A DNA stretch of 64,000 nt from Octopus vulgaris (taxonomy: Eukaryota), in contig OX597822.1 in the NCBI GenBank assembly GCA_951406725.2, positions 44,082,001-44,146,000 of the forward strand, written 5' to 3'. Positions 26,247 to 41,025 of the stretch are shown here, piece by piece. Each line of letters opens with the position of its first letter. The stretch's first letter is position 1. The notes under the pieces were generated by a model that worked only from the letters and a program-made list of their open reading frames with translations, was not told the origin of the DNA and did not search any database. Position numbers and translations under genes: made by a program.

Positions 26247-26858
26247 CTTCTTCTTCTTCTTCTTCTTCTTCTTCTTCTTCTTCTTCTTCTTCTTCTTTCT
26301 TCTTCTTCTTCTTCTTCTTCTTCTTCTCTGAGTATGAAATATCTCCTGACCTATAATCAAAGACAAGCTACATTCTGAGACAGTAACAGGACTGTCAATT
26401 GATTATCAATCCAAATACATTATATACCTTATATTTTTATCTATCCACAACAAAAACTATGTCGGCCATATTTTTTTATAAATATCACTGATAAGATGCA
26501 TCATTAGAGAACTTTTGAAGTCTGCTTACAATCTAACTTTGCTTTTTATAGAACTCTCTTCGATACTTCATGAGTGTAGCCTCACCCCCTAGGATGTTTG
26601 GAAAACTCATATGTGTTTTGGCTGATGAATACGGGACACTTATATTTGCAGTTTTTAATAAAGCTGTTCTTCGTATGAAACAATTGCCCTGAACAACTAA
26701 TCCATTCTTGTTGCTTTTTTCTTGTTTATAATCACCCCACATTATTTTATGGTTAATACCATATAGATTTCTGGTGCATCTAAGTTAAGTACCGCATTCA
26801 TGTGAATTCATTGGAACTCACTTGAATCTTAATTGTTTTTTACTGAAAATATATATAC

Positions 26859-26928
<70 letters not shown>

Positions 26929-27803
26929 TATAAGCATGTGTGTATGTATGTATGTACGTATGTATGTATGCATGTATATATGGATAGATGGATGGATGGA
27001 TGGATGGGTGGATGGATGCCTAAATATACACAGATATATATACTGTTGACGTGATAAGACTATAAACTTCCAGGAAGGCGTAAAATAATTCCTTTTTGTA
27101 AGAATGCATTTCGAAGCATATAACGCTATAAATAACAGTATGGAAATTTGATTTCAAAGACTGTCCTCTTTACGCCGAAATGGATTATATAAAAAAATCA
27201 ATACAAGCATTCTGTTATTTATAGCATTATGTGCTTCGAGATCCAATTGAATTTGGATGTAGGGGATTCATAGGAAACAGTGCGATTTCAATGGTTGCCG
27301 TCGCTAGCTCTAACTCACCGCAAAACAAATGCCATCCTGTGTGATATCCAGGCTAGAGTGGAGACGGCAAGCCACTAGATTTTGTTAAAAACAAACGATG
27401 AGCAATGGCGAGAAGAATATTGAGTGAATTCTTGAAACCAGTCGATCTAGCAAGCGGGACCTCATCTCATTTAAGGGCTGGAGAATGAGTAATAATGTCA
27501 TCGAGAGGAAGGCCCTGAAACTGCGCGCATTCTTTGTTTCTCTCTAGATGACTCCACAAGCTTGCTAGTGTCCGGTAGGCGGAGCTTTCAAATGATAACA
27601 CTTGCATTTACTGTATAGACATACACACAACTGCAATGGTCTCCAATCCCTTACATGAATGGAAAGGTTCGGACGGAAACGTTCACAGACTTAAGGAATT
27701 GTAGCCTACTGTGCACTAAGGCAGAACAGATAACCTTTGAGTTTAGGCTTAGTTTTTCGTCCCCCTTTTGAGTTTAAATTGTCAGCTGTCACCCGATTGC
27801 ATC

Positions 27804-27834
<31 letters not shown>

Positions 27835-28148
27835 CTTCTTCTTCTTCTTCTTCTTCTTCTTCTTCTTCTTCTTCTTCTTCTTCTTCTTCTTCTTCTTCTT
27901 CTTCTTCTTCTTCTTCTTCTTCTTCTTCTTCTTCTTCTTCTCTCCTCGTCCTCTTTCTTTTCCTTCTTCTTGACCTATAATCAAAGACATTCAAGCTACT
28001 GCCAGCCCATTCTGAGACAGTAACTTTAAGGACTGTCAATTGATTATATCAATCCAAATACATTATATGCTATATATTTTTATCTATCCACAACAAAGAA
28101 CTATGTCGGCCATATTTTTTTCATGAAAATATCACTGATAAGATGCAT
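24906..28148. repeat. ~1.6-kb near-identical tandem duplication (24906-26496 / 26497-28148)
   Basis: Identical ORF peptides at 24942 and 26533; differences mainly in microsatellite length and the last ~170 bp. Confidence 0.93.
25521..25653. repeat. Short inverted-repeat (MITE-like) element; duplicate at 27109-27241
   Basis: tttcgaagcatataacgctataaataacag / ctgttatttatagcattatgtgcttcgaga. Confidence 0.6.
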
Positions 28149-28637
28149 ATCTTTAGCTAAGAAAGAAGTATGTGGCCCGAGGAAGAGTTGGCTGCTATTT
28201 CTATCAGATCTAGTTTTTGTATAGACAAGTTAGAATATTCTTTTATTTCTTTACATGTTTCGGCCATTAGGCTACAACCATGCTGGAACAGGGCCTGGAA
28301 GAACTTATAATCCAACGAATCGATTCCAGTACTTATATTTTAGCCTGCTCATTAAATCAACATATACGTGACTGAGTACTCCACAGACACGTGTACCCTT
28401 AATGTAGTTCTCAGAGAGATTAAGTGGGACAGAATGTGACAAGGCTCGCATTTTGAATTTAAAGTTCAAACTCATTTTTGTCAGCTGAGTGAAGTGGAGC
28501 AATGTGAAATAGTGTCTTGCTCAAGGACACAAACCGCGGCGATGGATCGAACGCAGGACTTTATGATCATGTACTGAATATCCCTAACCACTAAACCATA
28601 TATATATATTTACATACATACATGCATACATGCATAT

Positions 28638-28682
<45 letters not shown>

Positions 28683-28787
28683 TATATATATATATATATA
28701 TATATACGTGAATTAATAAAAACTAGGAGAAGAGAGATTTACATATCTGTGTTTTATTATACAGTTAATCACACCTTCCCTTGTCAG

Positions 28788-28885
28788 TACCTACACGTGT
28801 TTCCGCTGCAAGCCTGTGCACAGTACAAATTAAGCATGTTTCTGTGCATTTTGGTGATAATTACAGGTGCTGCTTCATCGGGGTA
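28788..28885 (-). ncRNA. Type I hammerhead motif with long stem II (U4C variant)
   Basis: TACC-CCGATGA-AGCAGCA..TGCAGCG-GAAA-CACGTG-TA-GGTA. Confidence 0.65.
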
Positions 28886-28937
28886 AAATTTGATAACATT
28901 TCAGATACAATCTGGTCAAACTAAAGTTGTTCACGCA

Positions 28938-28987
<50 letters not shown>

Positions 28988-28992
28988 ATACA

Positions 28993-29545
28993 ACGGGCTT
29001 CTTTCAGATTCCGACTACCAAATCCACTCACAAGGCTTTCGTCGTCTCGGGGCTATAGCAGAAAACCCCTGCACGAGGTGTCACGCAGTGGGATTGAACC
29101 TGGAACCACGCCAGCCCCTATACATAGTTGGCAGCGTCGTAAGAAACTTGCTTCCCAGCCTCATGGTTCTGAGTTTAATCCCTCTGTGTGGCAATTGTCT
29201 TCTGCTATAGCCTCGAGCCGACCAAAGACTTGTGAGTGGATTTGGTAGACGGAAACTGAAAGAAGCCCGTCGTACATATATATATTGAAATATCTGTGTG
29301 TGGGCGTGTGCCTGTGTGTGTATGCCTGTGTATATGTGTGCCTGTCATAGTCCCCCTCCCCCAGCATCGCTTGACAGCTGATGTTGATATGTTTACGTCC
29401 CAGTAACATAGTGGTTCGGCAAAAGAGGCCGATACAATAAGTACTAGACTTACAAAGAATAAACCCTGGGAGCGATTTGTTCGACTAAAAGTGATGCTCC
29501 TGTATGGCAGCATTCAAATGACTGAAAAAAGTGAAAGAATAAAAG
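28993..29545. mobile_element. Divergently oriented pair of family A SINEs
   Basis: Minus copy 28993-29110; plus full-length copy 29128-29545 with internal microsatellite and 3' cagcat..caaatgactgaaa tail. Confidence 0.75.
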
Positions 29546-29817
29546 GAATGTCTACATTTGCATGTCTGTATTTATTTATGTATGTGCGTGCGTGCGTTTG
29601 TGACTGTATATGTATGCATGTATTCACATATATATATAAATATATGTATATATGCATTTATGTGTGCGTGTGTGTAAGTATCCATGTATGGATATGTATG
29701 CGTATGAGCATTCATGAGATCGATTTTTGTTAAATACCACATGAAAACTACACGGACGGTGGCGGTAGAGGTAATTGACGGGAACCCCCAGATGTTAAGC
29801 AATAGAGACGCGCGCAT

Positions 29818-29962
<145 letters not shown>

Positions 29963-30180
29963 TATTTTTAAAATATGTACATATATAAACATATACATAT
30001 ACCTGCGCACATACACATCTATAAATATGTATATATGATTAAGTATGTGTGCGTATGCATGGGACTGTATATATATATATTAATATACATACATGTATAC
30101 ATATATATATATATATTCATATGTATATTTTTAAGATATGTACATATATATACATATATATATATATACATACATATAAT

Positions 30181-30263
<83 letters not shown>

Positions 30264-30503
30264 GGCATGACTGTCTGTATGTATTTATGTATAGGAAATA
30301 TATAATTTCCACGTCGATTCTGTTGGGAAATGGCACTGACATAAAACATTATTATTCAGTACAGGCCTTTATTTATTCATTTCATTTTTTGTTTTCCCCC
30401 CATTTTTGTGGTGCAACAGGTTTACCGATATATATCTATACTGATCGATCGCCTCACCAGAATTATCAATAGTTTTAAGCCGCTATTAATATTCACATAC
30501 TCA

Positions 30504-30548
<45 letters not shown>

Positions 30549-31314
30549 GTGTGCACATGTTCACCTGCACTCTTATTAGTACATGTACATACACACGTCA
30601 ATGTTGTACAGACAGCACAAACATACACTGAAATATCCGAATACACATGTATCAATACATAACTATGTACGTACATACGTATGTGTATATATACGTATGT
30701 ATGTATGTATGTATGTATGTATGTATGTATGTATGTATGTATGTATGTATGTATGGTCATATATTTCCCATACACACGATTGGATTACTAACAGATCAGA
30801 GTGTACTCGGTACACGCAGCGTTTTGTAGTTTACGTTCGACTTTAATGATTTAAGCCGACACTAACCTAAATTATTGTAGAGAACAGGAACCGCCGAGTA
30901 TTGCCGAAATGCGTCTTGAACTTTTACAGAATACTCACATACACAGCCACGCACAGACACGCAGGCGCGTACGCTCGCATGCACGCATGCACGCATTCAC
31001 CCGAGCACATACACCTACATGCTTGTGCACTTTAACACGACAGGAGATTCCATTACTTACTAATCAGTGCGCGGTATTCCAACGCGTCATAGATCCGCAT
31101 TCTCAAGGAATCAGAGGTAACACCGTATTATATTCGAACTAACTGCTATCTTATCGACAGGTTTAAATTAACACTTCACCTACGCCTACAGATTCCTCTT
31201 AATTCATTCCTTTCTTATCATGCGCACCTCCTCATTTCCCGCCATCTTACTGTCGTTTCTTCTAGCTGCCTCACCCGTTCCTTCTAGCTGCCTCACTCTG
31301 TTTTTCTCTCATTT

Positions 31315-31522
31315 TTACTCTTTTACTCTTTTACTTGATTCAGGCATTTGACGGCGTCCGTTCTGGAGCGCCGCCTTTAGTCGAACAAATCGAACCCAGG
31401 ACTTATTCCTGGTAAGCCCAGTACATATTCTATCAGTCTTCTTTGCCGAACCACTAAGTTACCGGGACGTAAACACACCAACATTGGTTGTCAATCGATG
31501 GTGGGGGACAAACAGACACACA

Positions 31523-31581
<59 letters not shown>

Positions 31582-31745
31582 GGTGGGCTTCTTTCAGTTT
31601 CCGTCTACAAAATCCACTCCCAAGGCTTTGGTCGGACCGAGGTTATAGTTGAAGATACTTGCCGAAGTTGCCACGCAGTGGGACTGAACCCGAAACAATG
31701 TGGTTGGAACGCAAGCTACTTACCACACAGCCACACATGCGCCTC
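31315..31745 (-). mobile_element. Full-length family A SINE
   Basis: tRNA-like head at 31745, internal (TA)n, tail (gagtaaaa)n. Confidence 0.8.
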
Positions 31746-32289
31746 GTACACTTTCTGTTCACACATGACTCTCCCTTGCGCCCACATTTCTTATCATTTG
31801 CAGCCAGCATTTCTAACTCAGAAGATGCAAAACTCTGCCGTCTTTTTTTTAGTTTCTCTCCTGAGAACATTTCCCTGAACGCCGGGTTTACACACCTCGC
31901 GGCAATTTCATTGTACTCATTATCTCGGTTTTACTAAACAATATAAGTCTTAGTGATGCAGACCAACACTTAATATGTATATATTAATATTTACATATAT
32001 TTATATATACGTGTGTGAGTGTGTGCGCGCGCGTGTGAGTGTGTGTGCGCGCATGTATGTGTGTGTATTTCTATCAATCGATTCTTCTGGCTGTCTATCG
32101 TTGTATGTAACCTACTGTCTGTCTCTGACGTTGCTCGGAGTAACGAAATTCAAATTCCCAATTTTCAAAAAGATTTGGTACTTTCCCACCTCACCATATA
32201 TATAATATAAATGATATATAAATATATGCATATATACATACATATATGTACATACCTACATACATATGTATATATACATGCACATATGG

Positions 32290-32455
32290 GCACAGGACAT
32301 CAAAAAGCCGTTGAACACAATGAGAAACGAAAACATAAAAACAAAAACGTAGAAAACGAACTTTTGTTCGAACAATGAAACAAAACAACAGAGAAACGAG
32401 ACATGCAGCATAAAGAATATTCCCCTTCATCAGTTTCCCTGTTTCAACTATTCCG
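32290..32455. repeat. Interspersed repeat family (copies at ~35085, 47100-47270, 50410-50585)
   Basis: Shared caggacaac..acacaatgagaaacgaaaacatagaaacaaa..cttcttcag..gtttc motif. Confidence 0.6.
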
Positions 32456-32604
32456 CATATATGTATATGTGTATTTATATATATGTATATCACCGTAACC
32501 GACCAGGCTATCACATATTGCTACACATCGCTGGTCACAATGCGCTTCGCACTGTTTTAGCCTTCAAATGACGCCACTCCGCTGGCTAAGCGAGCAGGCC
32601 AATA

Positions 32605-32670
<66 letters not shown>

Positions 32671-32719
32671 TATATGTATATATATATGTATGTATATATA
32701 TATATGTATGAAGCTATAT

Positions 32720-32890
32720 GTAGATCGCTAACCACTACATTCATTATTTTCTCTCCTGGTTTCTTTCTGAGTTCCTTTCTGTGGAAGAGCGTAAGCTCGA
32801 AACGTTAAAAACTTTTTCACTTCCCGAGCGTTATAATAATACATGTTTATTGTCTACACCATTTATCTTCGTCTTTTGTTTTTTCTGAAT
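32720..32890 (+). mobile_element. Short interspersed repeat with hammerhead-like motif (32775-32810)
   Basis: CTTT-CTGTGGA-A-GAGC-GTAA-GCTC-GAAA-CG-TT-AAAA. Confidence 0.65.
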
Positions 32891-33033
32891 ATATATATAT
32901 ATACATACACATATAGCTATCCAATTATCTCTCTATGTATGTGTGTATATATTTATGCATGTATCTATCTATCTATCTATATAGATAGATAGATAGAAAG
33001 ATAGATAGATAGATAGTTTGATAGGGAGGTAGG

Positions 33034-33072
<39 letters not shown>

Positions 33073-33085
33073 GTAGGTAGGTAGG

Positions 33086-33162
<77 letters not shown>

Positions 33163-33163
<1 letters not shown>

Positions 33164-34421
33164 TGTTTCTTTATTAGCCACACCGGGCTGCACACAGATA
33201 GAACAAATTACAAGGTAGAGCTTTTCTTTTGAAGGGTTAAAAAAAAAAAAAAAAAAAAGGAAGGGGGAGTTTCGATCAAAAGGGATCGTAAAAGGAGAGA
33301 AAGAGGACAAAAAAAGGGGGGTTAAAAAAAGGGGGGAGGAAAAAATTGATCAATAGGGATCGTTATCACAGAAATGTCAATATGAAGTGTAAAGGGGAGG
33401 ACAGGTGAGGTTTACCCGTGGAAAGAAAAGCCTACGGAAAAGACCACGGTAACCTCGGTCAATGAAGTCACATTTTATATTTCTTTTTTTTTTTTTTTTT
33501 GCAAATAAGCAACTCTCTGTTTTCGATTTCTGGGTTCATAGGACTATGCTCAAGGTGGCTTCGTCATTCATACGTGCCATTCTAGCTACATTCACCCATC
33601 TTTTTAAAACATTCGCTAGACAAAACTTGCCTCTCTACTCTCACTTTCCTTTTCAAGTAGTACTTGAAGAAGTTGATGAGAGATTGACCAGAGAGGAAAG
33701 TGTTTGTCTCCAATCCTTTCAGACGCGTCCACCAGATACATTCTTTCGCCATAGCCACAAGGATGATGAAAATAGCTCTTCCTTCCCGTTTGAAGGAAGG
33801 AGGCGTGACAATATTGACGATAGACTCAGCTGATAAACCGACTCGTCCCACACGTGACAGCAGTTGTTCGACACAAGCCCACAGGTCGGAAATTGTTGGA
33901 CACTGAACGAGTGCGTGCAGAACGGTTTCGTCGCTCTGACCGCATCTCGGGCAGGTCGGCCCCGTGTTTCTCGAGCCGTGTCTGTAGAGCTTATCCCGAA
34001 CGGGTAGCGCTTCTCGGTAGCACTGCCAGGCCAGGGATCTCTGGAAGTTGTCCATGGGCCCTGGCCCGAAAGTCGTCCTGAACAGGCGGGTCAGGTACTC
34101 CTCGTCGACGTCCAGGTTCGCCCCGAGCTCGTCGTCGTACCTCCCCTCCACTAAACCCCTATAGAATGCTTTGGTTGTGTTGAAGTCACTTAAGGTCGAC
34201 CCAGGACGGCAGAGTTGCTTGAGAGCAACGCGACACTCGCGGTGCCATTCGCCCTTCCTCGGCCTCTTTTTGATCCACGACTGCAGTTCGGTCATGGAGA
34301 CGAGCTGCGGGAAAGCGTGCCTCACAAACGGCGACCACACCTGTTCACCGTCGTCTACATAGAGCCAGAGATGTCGCAGTCTCAGCGCGTGTCTGCGCAT
34401 CATCAACCACGGCATGCCGTG
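33163..34421 (-). mobile_element. 5'-truncated Tx1/L1-clade LINE (zinc-binding C-terminus and 3' UTR) within (GATA)n
   Basis: ORF 33582-34415 LAWQCYREALPVRDKL..CPRCGQSDETVLHALVQCP (zf-RVT); GC-rich; aataaa near the 3' end. Confidence 0.9.
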
Positions 34422-34488
<67 letters not shown>

Positions 34489-35203
34489 GCATATAGATGT
34501 ATGTTGATGCCACTAATTATGTATGCATATATTCACAAGTTGCTGCAGATAAAGAAAGAAAGTAAGAAAGGGGCGGGTAATTATAATGAGATAACGAAGA
34601 GTTTGGCAATAAAATGTAAAAGGCTACCTATCTGTCTTCGAAATTGATTACAGCCTGTAACACAATTTGGAGTGAACTGGCACATATTATTCAATATATG
34701 CCATGACGTATGTGGACATCTGTATGAATAATTGCGTGCGTATGTGTGTGTGTGTGTGAGTCTGTACAATGAGCCAATCATACAGATTCACACGCTTACG
34801 CGCACCGTCTTATAGATTATGAGTATAACATATCTTTCAGTGCAAAGTATCGAAATGTACAAAGAGATGGCGTCAAGAGAGATATGCGTGGAGTGTCGTA
34901 CGAGTAGATATAGTTCTTATTATGTGAGTATACACACATACACACGCGCGCGCACGCACGTACACACCCACACATACATACATACATACATACATACATA
35001 CACATATATACATATATATATAATCAGCCGAAATTGCAAGGATAATCTGGTACTTGACTGAGGATAGAAAGCTTCGAATGACCCGTCTTTGTTTTTTTGT
35101 ATCGTCTATCTGGATGTTTTATTTCCCTTTTTGTATCACCTAGTTGTCCGGATGCTTTGCGTTCTTGTCCCATTTTGTATTTTATCAGATATATATATAT
35201 ATA

Positions 35204-35271
<68 letters not shown>

Positions 35272-35286
35272 TATACATATATATAC

Positions 35287-35378
<92 letters not shown>

Positions 35379-35421
35379 CAAATGAAAGTCAGAAGATGGA
35401 TTATACGAGAATTTATTATTA

Positions 35422-35527
35422 ATCACGACAATTGTTTCGACACATCTAGCCTCGATTCATCTTGGCTGGGACACTCAACAACTGGTTCGGGAGCATCCTG
35501 TGGTGCAGATGTATCTCGTCGGTTGAT
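35422..35527 (-). ncRNA. Type I hammerhead motif with long stem II (U4C variant)
   Basis: ATCAA-CCGACGA-GATACATCT..AGATGTGTC-GAAA-CAATTG-TC-GTGAT; 9-bp stem II base, palindromic stem III. Confidence 0.68.
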
Positions 35528-35913
35528 AAATACAACTCGTTAAAATGACTGTTCCACAACGTAACTTGAATTTGATAGACGGAAACTGAAGGTATCTTGT
35601 CGAATATATATGTATATGTGTGTGTTTGTATGTGTGCGAGTGTGTGTGTGGGTTTGTGTTGGTGTGGGTGGGTGTCTGTGATTGTCTCCCCATCACTACT
35701 TCAGAAACAGTGTTTGTGTGTTTACGTCCCTGTAAGGTAGCGCATCAGCAAAATGAGCCCGATAAAATAAGTACCAGGCTTAAAAGATAATTACGGCAGT
35801 CAATTTATTCGACTAAAAATTCAAGATAGTGCCCCAGCATGGTCACAGTCTAATCTCTGAAACAGGTAAGAGATAAAAGATAAAAATATATATATATATA
35901 GATATATAGATAT

Positions 35914-35976
<63 letters not shown>

Positions 35977-35985
35977 TACAGATAT

Positions 35986-36085
<100 letters not shown>

Positions 36086-37909
36086 GTAAAGATTGATAAA
36101 GTGCGAGATATAAAGAAATATATATACACACACGTACTCACTCGCCCATATACATGCACATACACACATAGAGTGTCATCTACGCACTATGTTAAGGTAT
36201 AATTAAGTATTTGAGTGATGCGAGAATAGTCCATGTTTAAACGAATTAATATCGCGTATTTGTATTACGATATTTTGTATGCGAGCATATATGTATTTAT
36301 GCTATATATAAACACACACAGATTTATACACGCATGTGCAAGCACACATACTAATTAACACACACATATATGATACTTTTGGAATCTGGATGTATCCTTA
36401 GTGAGGTTCCTATACTTGTGTTCTCAGCGGGTATTTGAACCGCATAGCCAATTGCTCATCTGGGATTAATGAAGTTAATAGGACTGCTAAGGGAGAGGAA
36501 TGGAGGTGTTTTAGTAAGTATGTCTAATCTAGCTAGACGGCAGAAGTATCTAATGAGTACTGTGCGTGAAAGTGTGACCAGCGCAAATGACCAGGTGTTT
36601 GTAACCAATCAGAAGTGATCGTGGATCATGTTATCTGACTAATCATGAAAGACGATATCTCGATTTAGGAGGAAGATGTGGAATTGTTAGTGGGAAATGC
36701 GAGACGTGAAGTAAATGAAGTGGGATGAGATGAATTCAAAATAGAGTAGGAGTCGCATTAGGAGTATTTAAAAAAAATGGAGGTGAAAAGATTGAAGCAG
36801 ATATTAGAAACCGCATATTTAAATGCCTTCTTTTTGCACACTTCTACCAAAAGGATACTGATGAGATCAGTAATATCGAGGTGGACGTCAGATGACCAAA
36901 CTTGTCTCTGCTGGGACCCTAATCATCTCCCGTTTTCTACAAAGCCGCGACACGGTCACTGTATCAGTCATCACACATCCTTCAGTTTAATTAACTCCAT
37001 CCATCTACACCAAACTCTACACAACATCTCTTAACTTCCTAGTCATCTATTTTATCATCGACAGCCACCCCAATTATCCACCGCCTTTAGATGTCCAAAA
37101 ACCATACAAAACTTGTAGATTTAGCGGTATGAAATCATTAAAAGTTGTTTAAAAGTTTGTTGGGAGTGGAAAGGTTTTTGAATATGTTTATTTGTATGAT
37201 ACAGTGAATATACTATCACCGACAACAAATTCGTTTAATTGACGCAACAAATGAAAAGTTGATTGAACGTATTTCAGGTCCGAAGGCAGGTAGTCCTGAT
37301 ATATTACGCATATCAGTTAACATGTGTGAATAGATGTGTATACATATGTACAAGTCTCTCTCTCTATATATATGTGTGTGTGTGTGTGTATGTATGTTTA
37401 TATACATATATATAGATATGTGTGTGTGTATATGTACATCTTTATGTGTGTATGTATATATATTAATACATATATACATAAATATGCGAAAACATACACG
37501 CACATGTATACATACTCATGTGTGTATATCAATGCATATATATATAAATATATATATATATATGCATACTATCGTGTGTGGGGGAGTCGGACTATATACA
37601 AAAACAGTGACAGTTAGACAGATATAAAGAAAGAGAGAGAAAAAGAGAGTGATTAAAAAACGGAGCGGGAGAGGGGTGGAGAGAAAGGAAGTTTGATTTG
37701 CTTTATTTATTTATGTTTTTAATTATGTTCTTTGGTTCTTTCCTGCTTCTATGCTGTTTGATCTTCGCAATGAATATTTGTTGATCTTTTCACCAATGTT
37801 GTTCTATGTACACGCATGCGTGCTCCGTTGCGCACGCACACACACATACACATGCACATCCACATATACACTATACACACACACAAAGGCACTCACTCAG
37901 ACAACTCGC

Positions 37910-37947
<38 letters not shown>

Positions 37948-39114
37948 GCATACATACACACCACAATCACACATTCTCACAACTGCATACACAGAGAAGC
38001 ACGTAAGTATATATATGTATATATATATATATATATGTGCGTGTGTGTGTATATATATATATATAAATATGTATATATATATATGTGTATGTATATATAT
38101 ATGTATATGTGGGTGTGTATGTATGTGTATACAGATGTGCACACATAATATATATGTAAATATGTATGCGTAGGTTAAATAATTATCTGTGAATGCATAC
38201 TTATATATTTATATATAAATATTGATAGACATACAAAAATATACACATATATATGTATCTGTTCGTACATATATATATATGTATATATATATATACATAA
38301 TGTATAAATACGGTATATACAAACGCGCACGCACACACTCATATATACATACACACACGTGTGTGTGTCTGTGTACGTATGTGTGTATATGTATAAATGT
38401 GGATGTAACACTTTGCGTCGCAGGCATGCGTTCGAATCGAAATGCTTAAGTGTCTCAGCGTGTCTCAGTATGAACGTATATGAAATTTTGATCATATGCG
38501 TATATGTGTGAGCGTATGCGTATGCGTGCGTGAGTGTGTGTGCGTGCGGGTATATATGTGTGTGTACGTATTATCCTCAAGTCTCTGAGAAACTTATGTC
38601 GACTGTTATTAGCATGGCAATGATCGATCTGTGATCTGCTTTTAGCAGACTGGAATTAATAAATAGAAATTTACCATGACAAAATCGAGGCCTCTTGCAT
38701 AAATGCATGACATAGTAATACCGTTTTTGCGTCTTCGCTGGAATCTTAATGCAACACATTATCTCACTGCTAAAGCTAGATGGCACCGCATGCCATCAAA
38801 ATTCAAATTGCCTGCATGTATCATTAAATATGCGAATGTCTGGATGGATAAATGGATGTTTGTCTGGATACGTTGGATGTATGTCTGAATATATGTGTGT
38901 CTAGTGTATGTGTGTCTAGTGGGCTGTGTATATGCATACGTATGGATAGTTGGATGGATGGATGCATACATGCATGCATAGAGGGAAGGATGGATAGAAA
39001 TTTGAATTGATGGAAACATATATATCGTTCTATAAATTTATCTCTTCTCCGTCTCTCTCAATCATTCTCACTCACTTTCTCTTTATTTGTATTACTCTCC
39101 CATTCTCTATCTAC

Positions 39115-39193
<79 letters not shown>

Positions 39194-39433
39194 ACATATC
39201 TATCTATCTATTTATTTATCTATCTATCTAACTATCTATTTATCTATACATACACACGTACATATATAAACATATACATATGTGTGTCTATATATTTCTA
39301 TCTATATGTATATATATGTGTGTATATATATATATATATATACACATATATATATATGTATACGCACACACACACATATATATATGTATATACTACTAAG
39401 TATTATATATATATATATATATATAATATATAT

Positions 39434-39541
<108 letters not shown>

Positions 39542-39583
39542 TACATGTATGTGTGTATGAGTATATATATACATATATACATT

Positions 39584-39615
<32 letters not shown>

Positions 39616-39618
39616 CAT

Positions 39619-39665
<47 letters not shown>

Positions 39666-39915
39666 TGCATACATACATAAATACATACATATTGATATAT
39701 GATAAAATGTTTGTCTTGCAGAAAGTAAACAATATTATATATCTCCATGTCATATCCTCAAAATGGTTTTGCTCTAAGGAAACAGTCCTACACGCAGATA
39801 CATTCACATGCCCATACACATATAAATACGTATGTATAGGTATATACGAATACAGACAAACATATATAGAAAACATACGCACAGACATAAAATATATGTA
39901 TACATATCTTTATAT

Positions 39916-39980
<65 letters not shown>

Positions 39981-40794
39981 TTCATACACATACTTATTCA
40001 TATTCTTGCATACACAACTACGTACATACGTACGTATAAGATTACTTTTGACAGGGTCTTCAATTATCACCCAACGGCTTTATTCGAAGCCATTTCTGCC
40101 AGTGTTGTTACTCGGAACTTCTTCGTTCCCTTTCTCATACTCATCGATCGATTGGCCGAGAGACTGGATCAGGTGACAATTAAAGCAAATTTGTGCATTC
40201 TATCTCGATTGCTGGATTGGTACTCCGTCGCTTACGACGAGGAGCGTTCCACTTGATACGATCAACAGAAGAACCTACTTATAAACTGAACGTGCAAGTC
40301 GCTGACTTCCGCAGACACGCGAAGCCTTAATAAATTTCTTAGCGTTACAAGCCCGGACAAGTACAACTAATTTTTGCCAGTCTTATAGACTGAAGCAATA
40401 CGAAATAAAATATCTTGCTCAAGAACACAACATACTGGTCCCCTTAAAGTTCCAAGAGTTAAGGACGGAAACACTTGCAAGGAGTGTGGGGTGGCTTTCT
40501 TCTCAAAGACCCAGCGTGCTTTAGATCTCCCTAGAGCTATTTGTTTCAGTCAGGGGACAGCGGATATGCTGGGGTACCACCTTCAAGATTTAATCGAAGA
40601 AATCGAGCCCAGTACTTATTTTTAAGTTAGCTACTTAGGACTATAGGTCCCTTTGCCGGAACATTATGTTACGGGGATGTAAACAAACCATCACCAGTTA
40701 TCAAGTGATGGCGGGGGACAAGCGCAAATACGCAAATACATATACATATACACGCATATACACATTTGAATGACGGGTTTCCTCACAGTTTCTT

Positions 40795-41025
40795 ATTTCT
40801 TTAGTGCCCACAGGGGGCTAAACATAGAAAAGACAAACAAGGACAGACAAAGGGATTAAGTTGACTACATCGACCGCATCGTGTAACTGGTACTTAATTT
40901 ATCGACCCCGAAAGGATGAAAGGCAAAGTCGACCTCGGCGGAATTTGAACTCAGAATGTAAAGACAGACGAAATACGGCTACGCATTTCGCCCGGCGTAC
41001 TAACGTTTCTGCCAGCTTGCCGCTT
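40795..41025 (-). mobile_element. Family B SINE nested in a family A SINE
   Basis: Reverse complement of the 10049 consensus; flanking repeat ttcctcacagtttct at 40779 and 41044. Confidence 0.8.
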
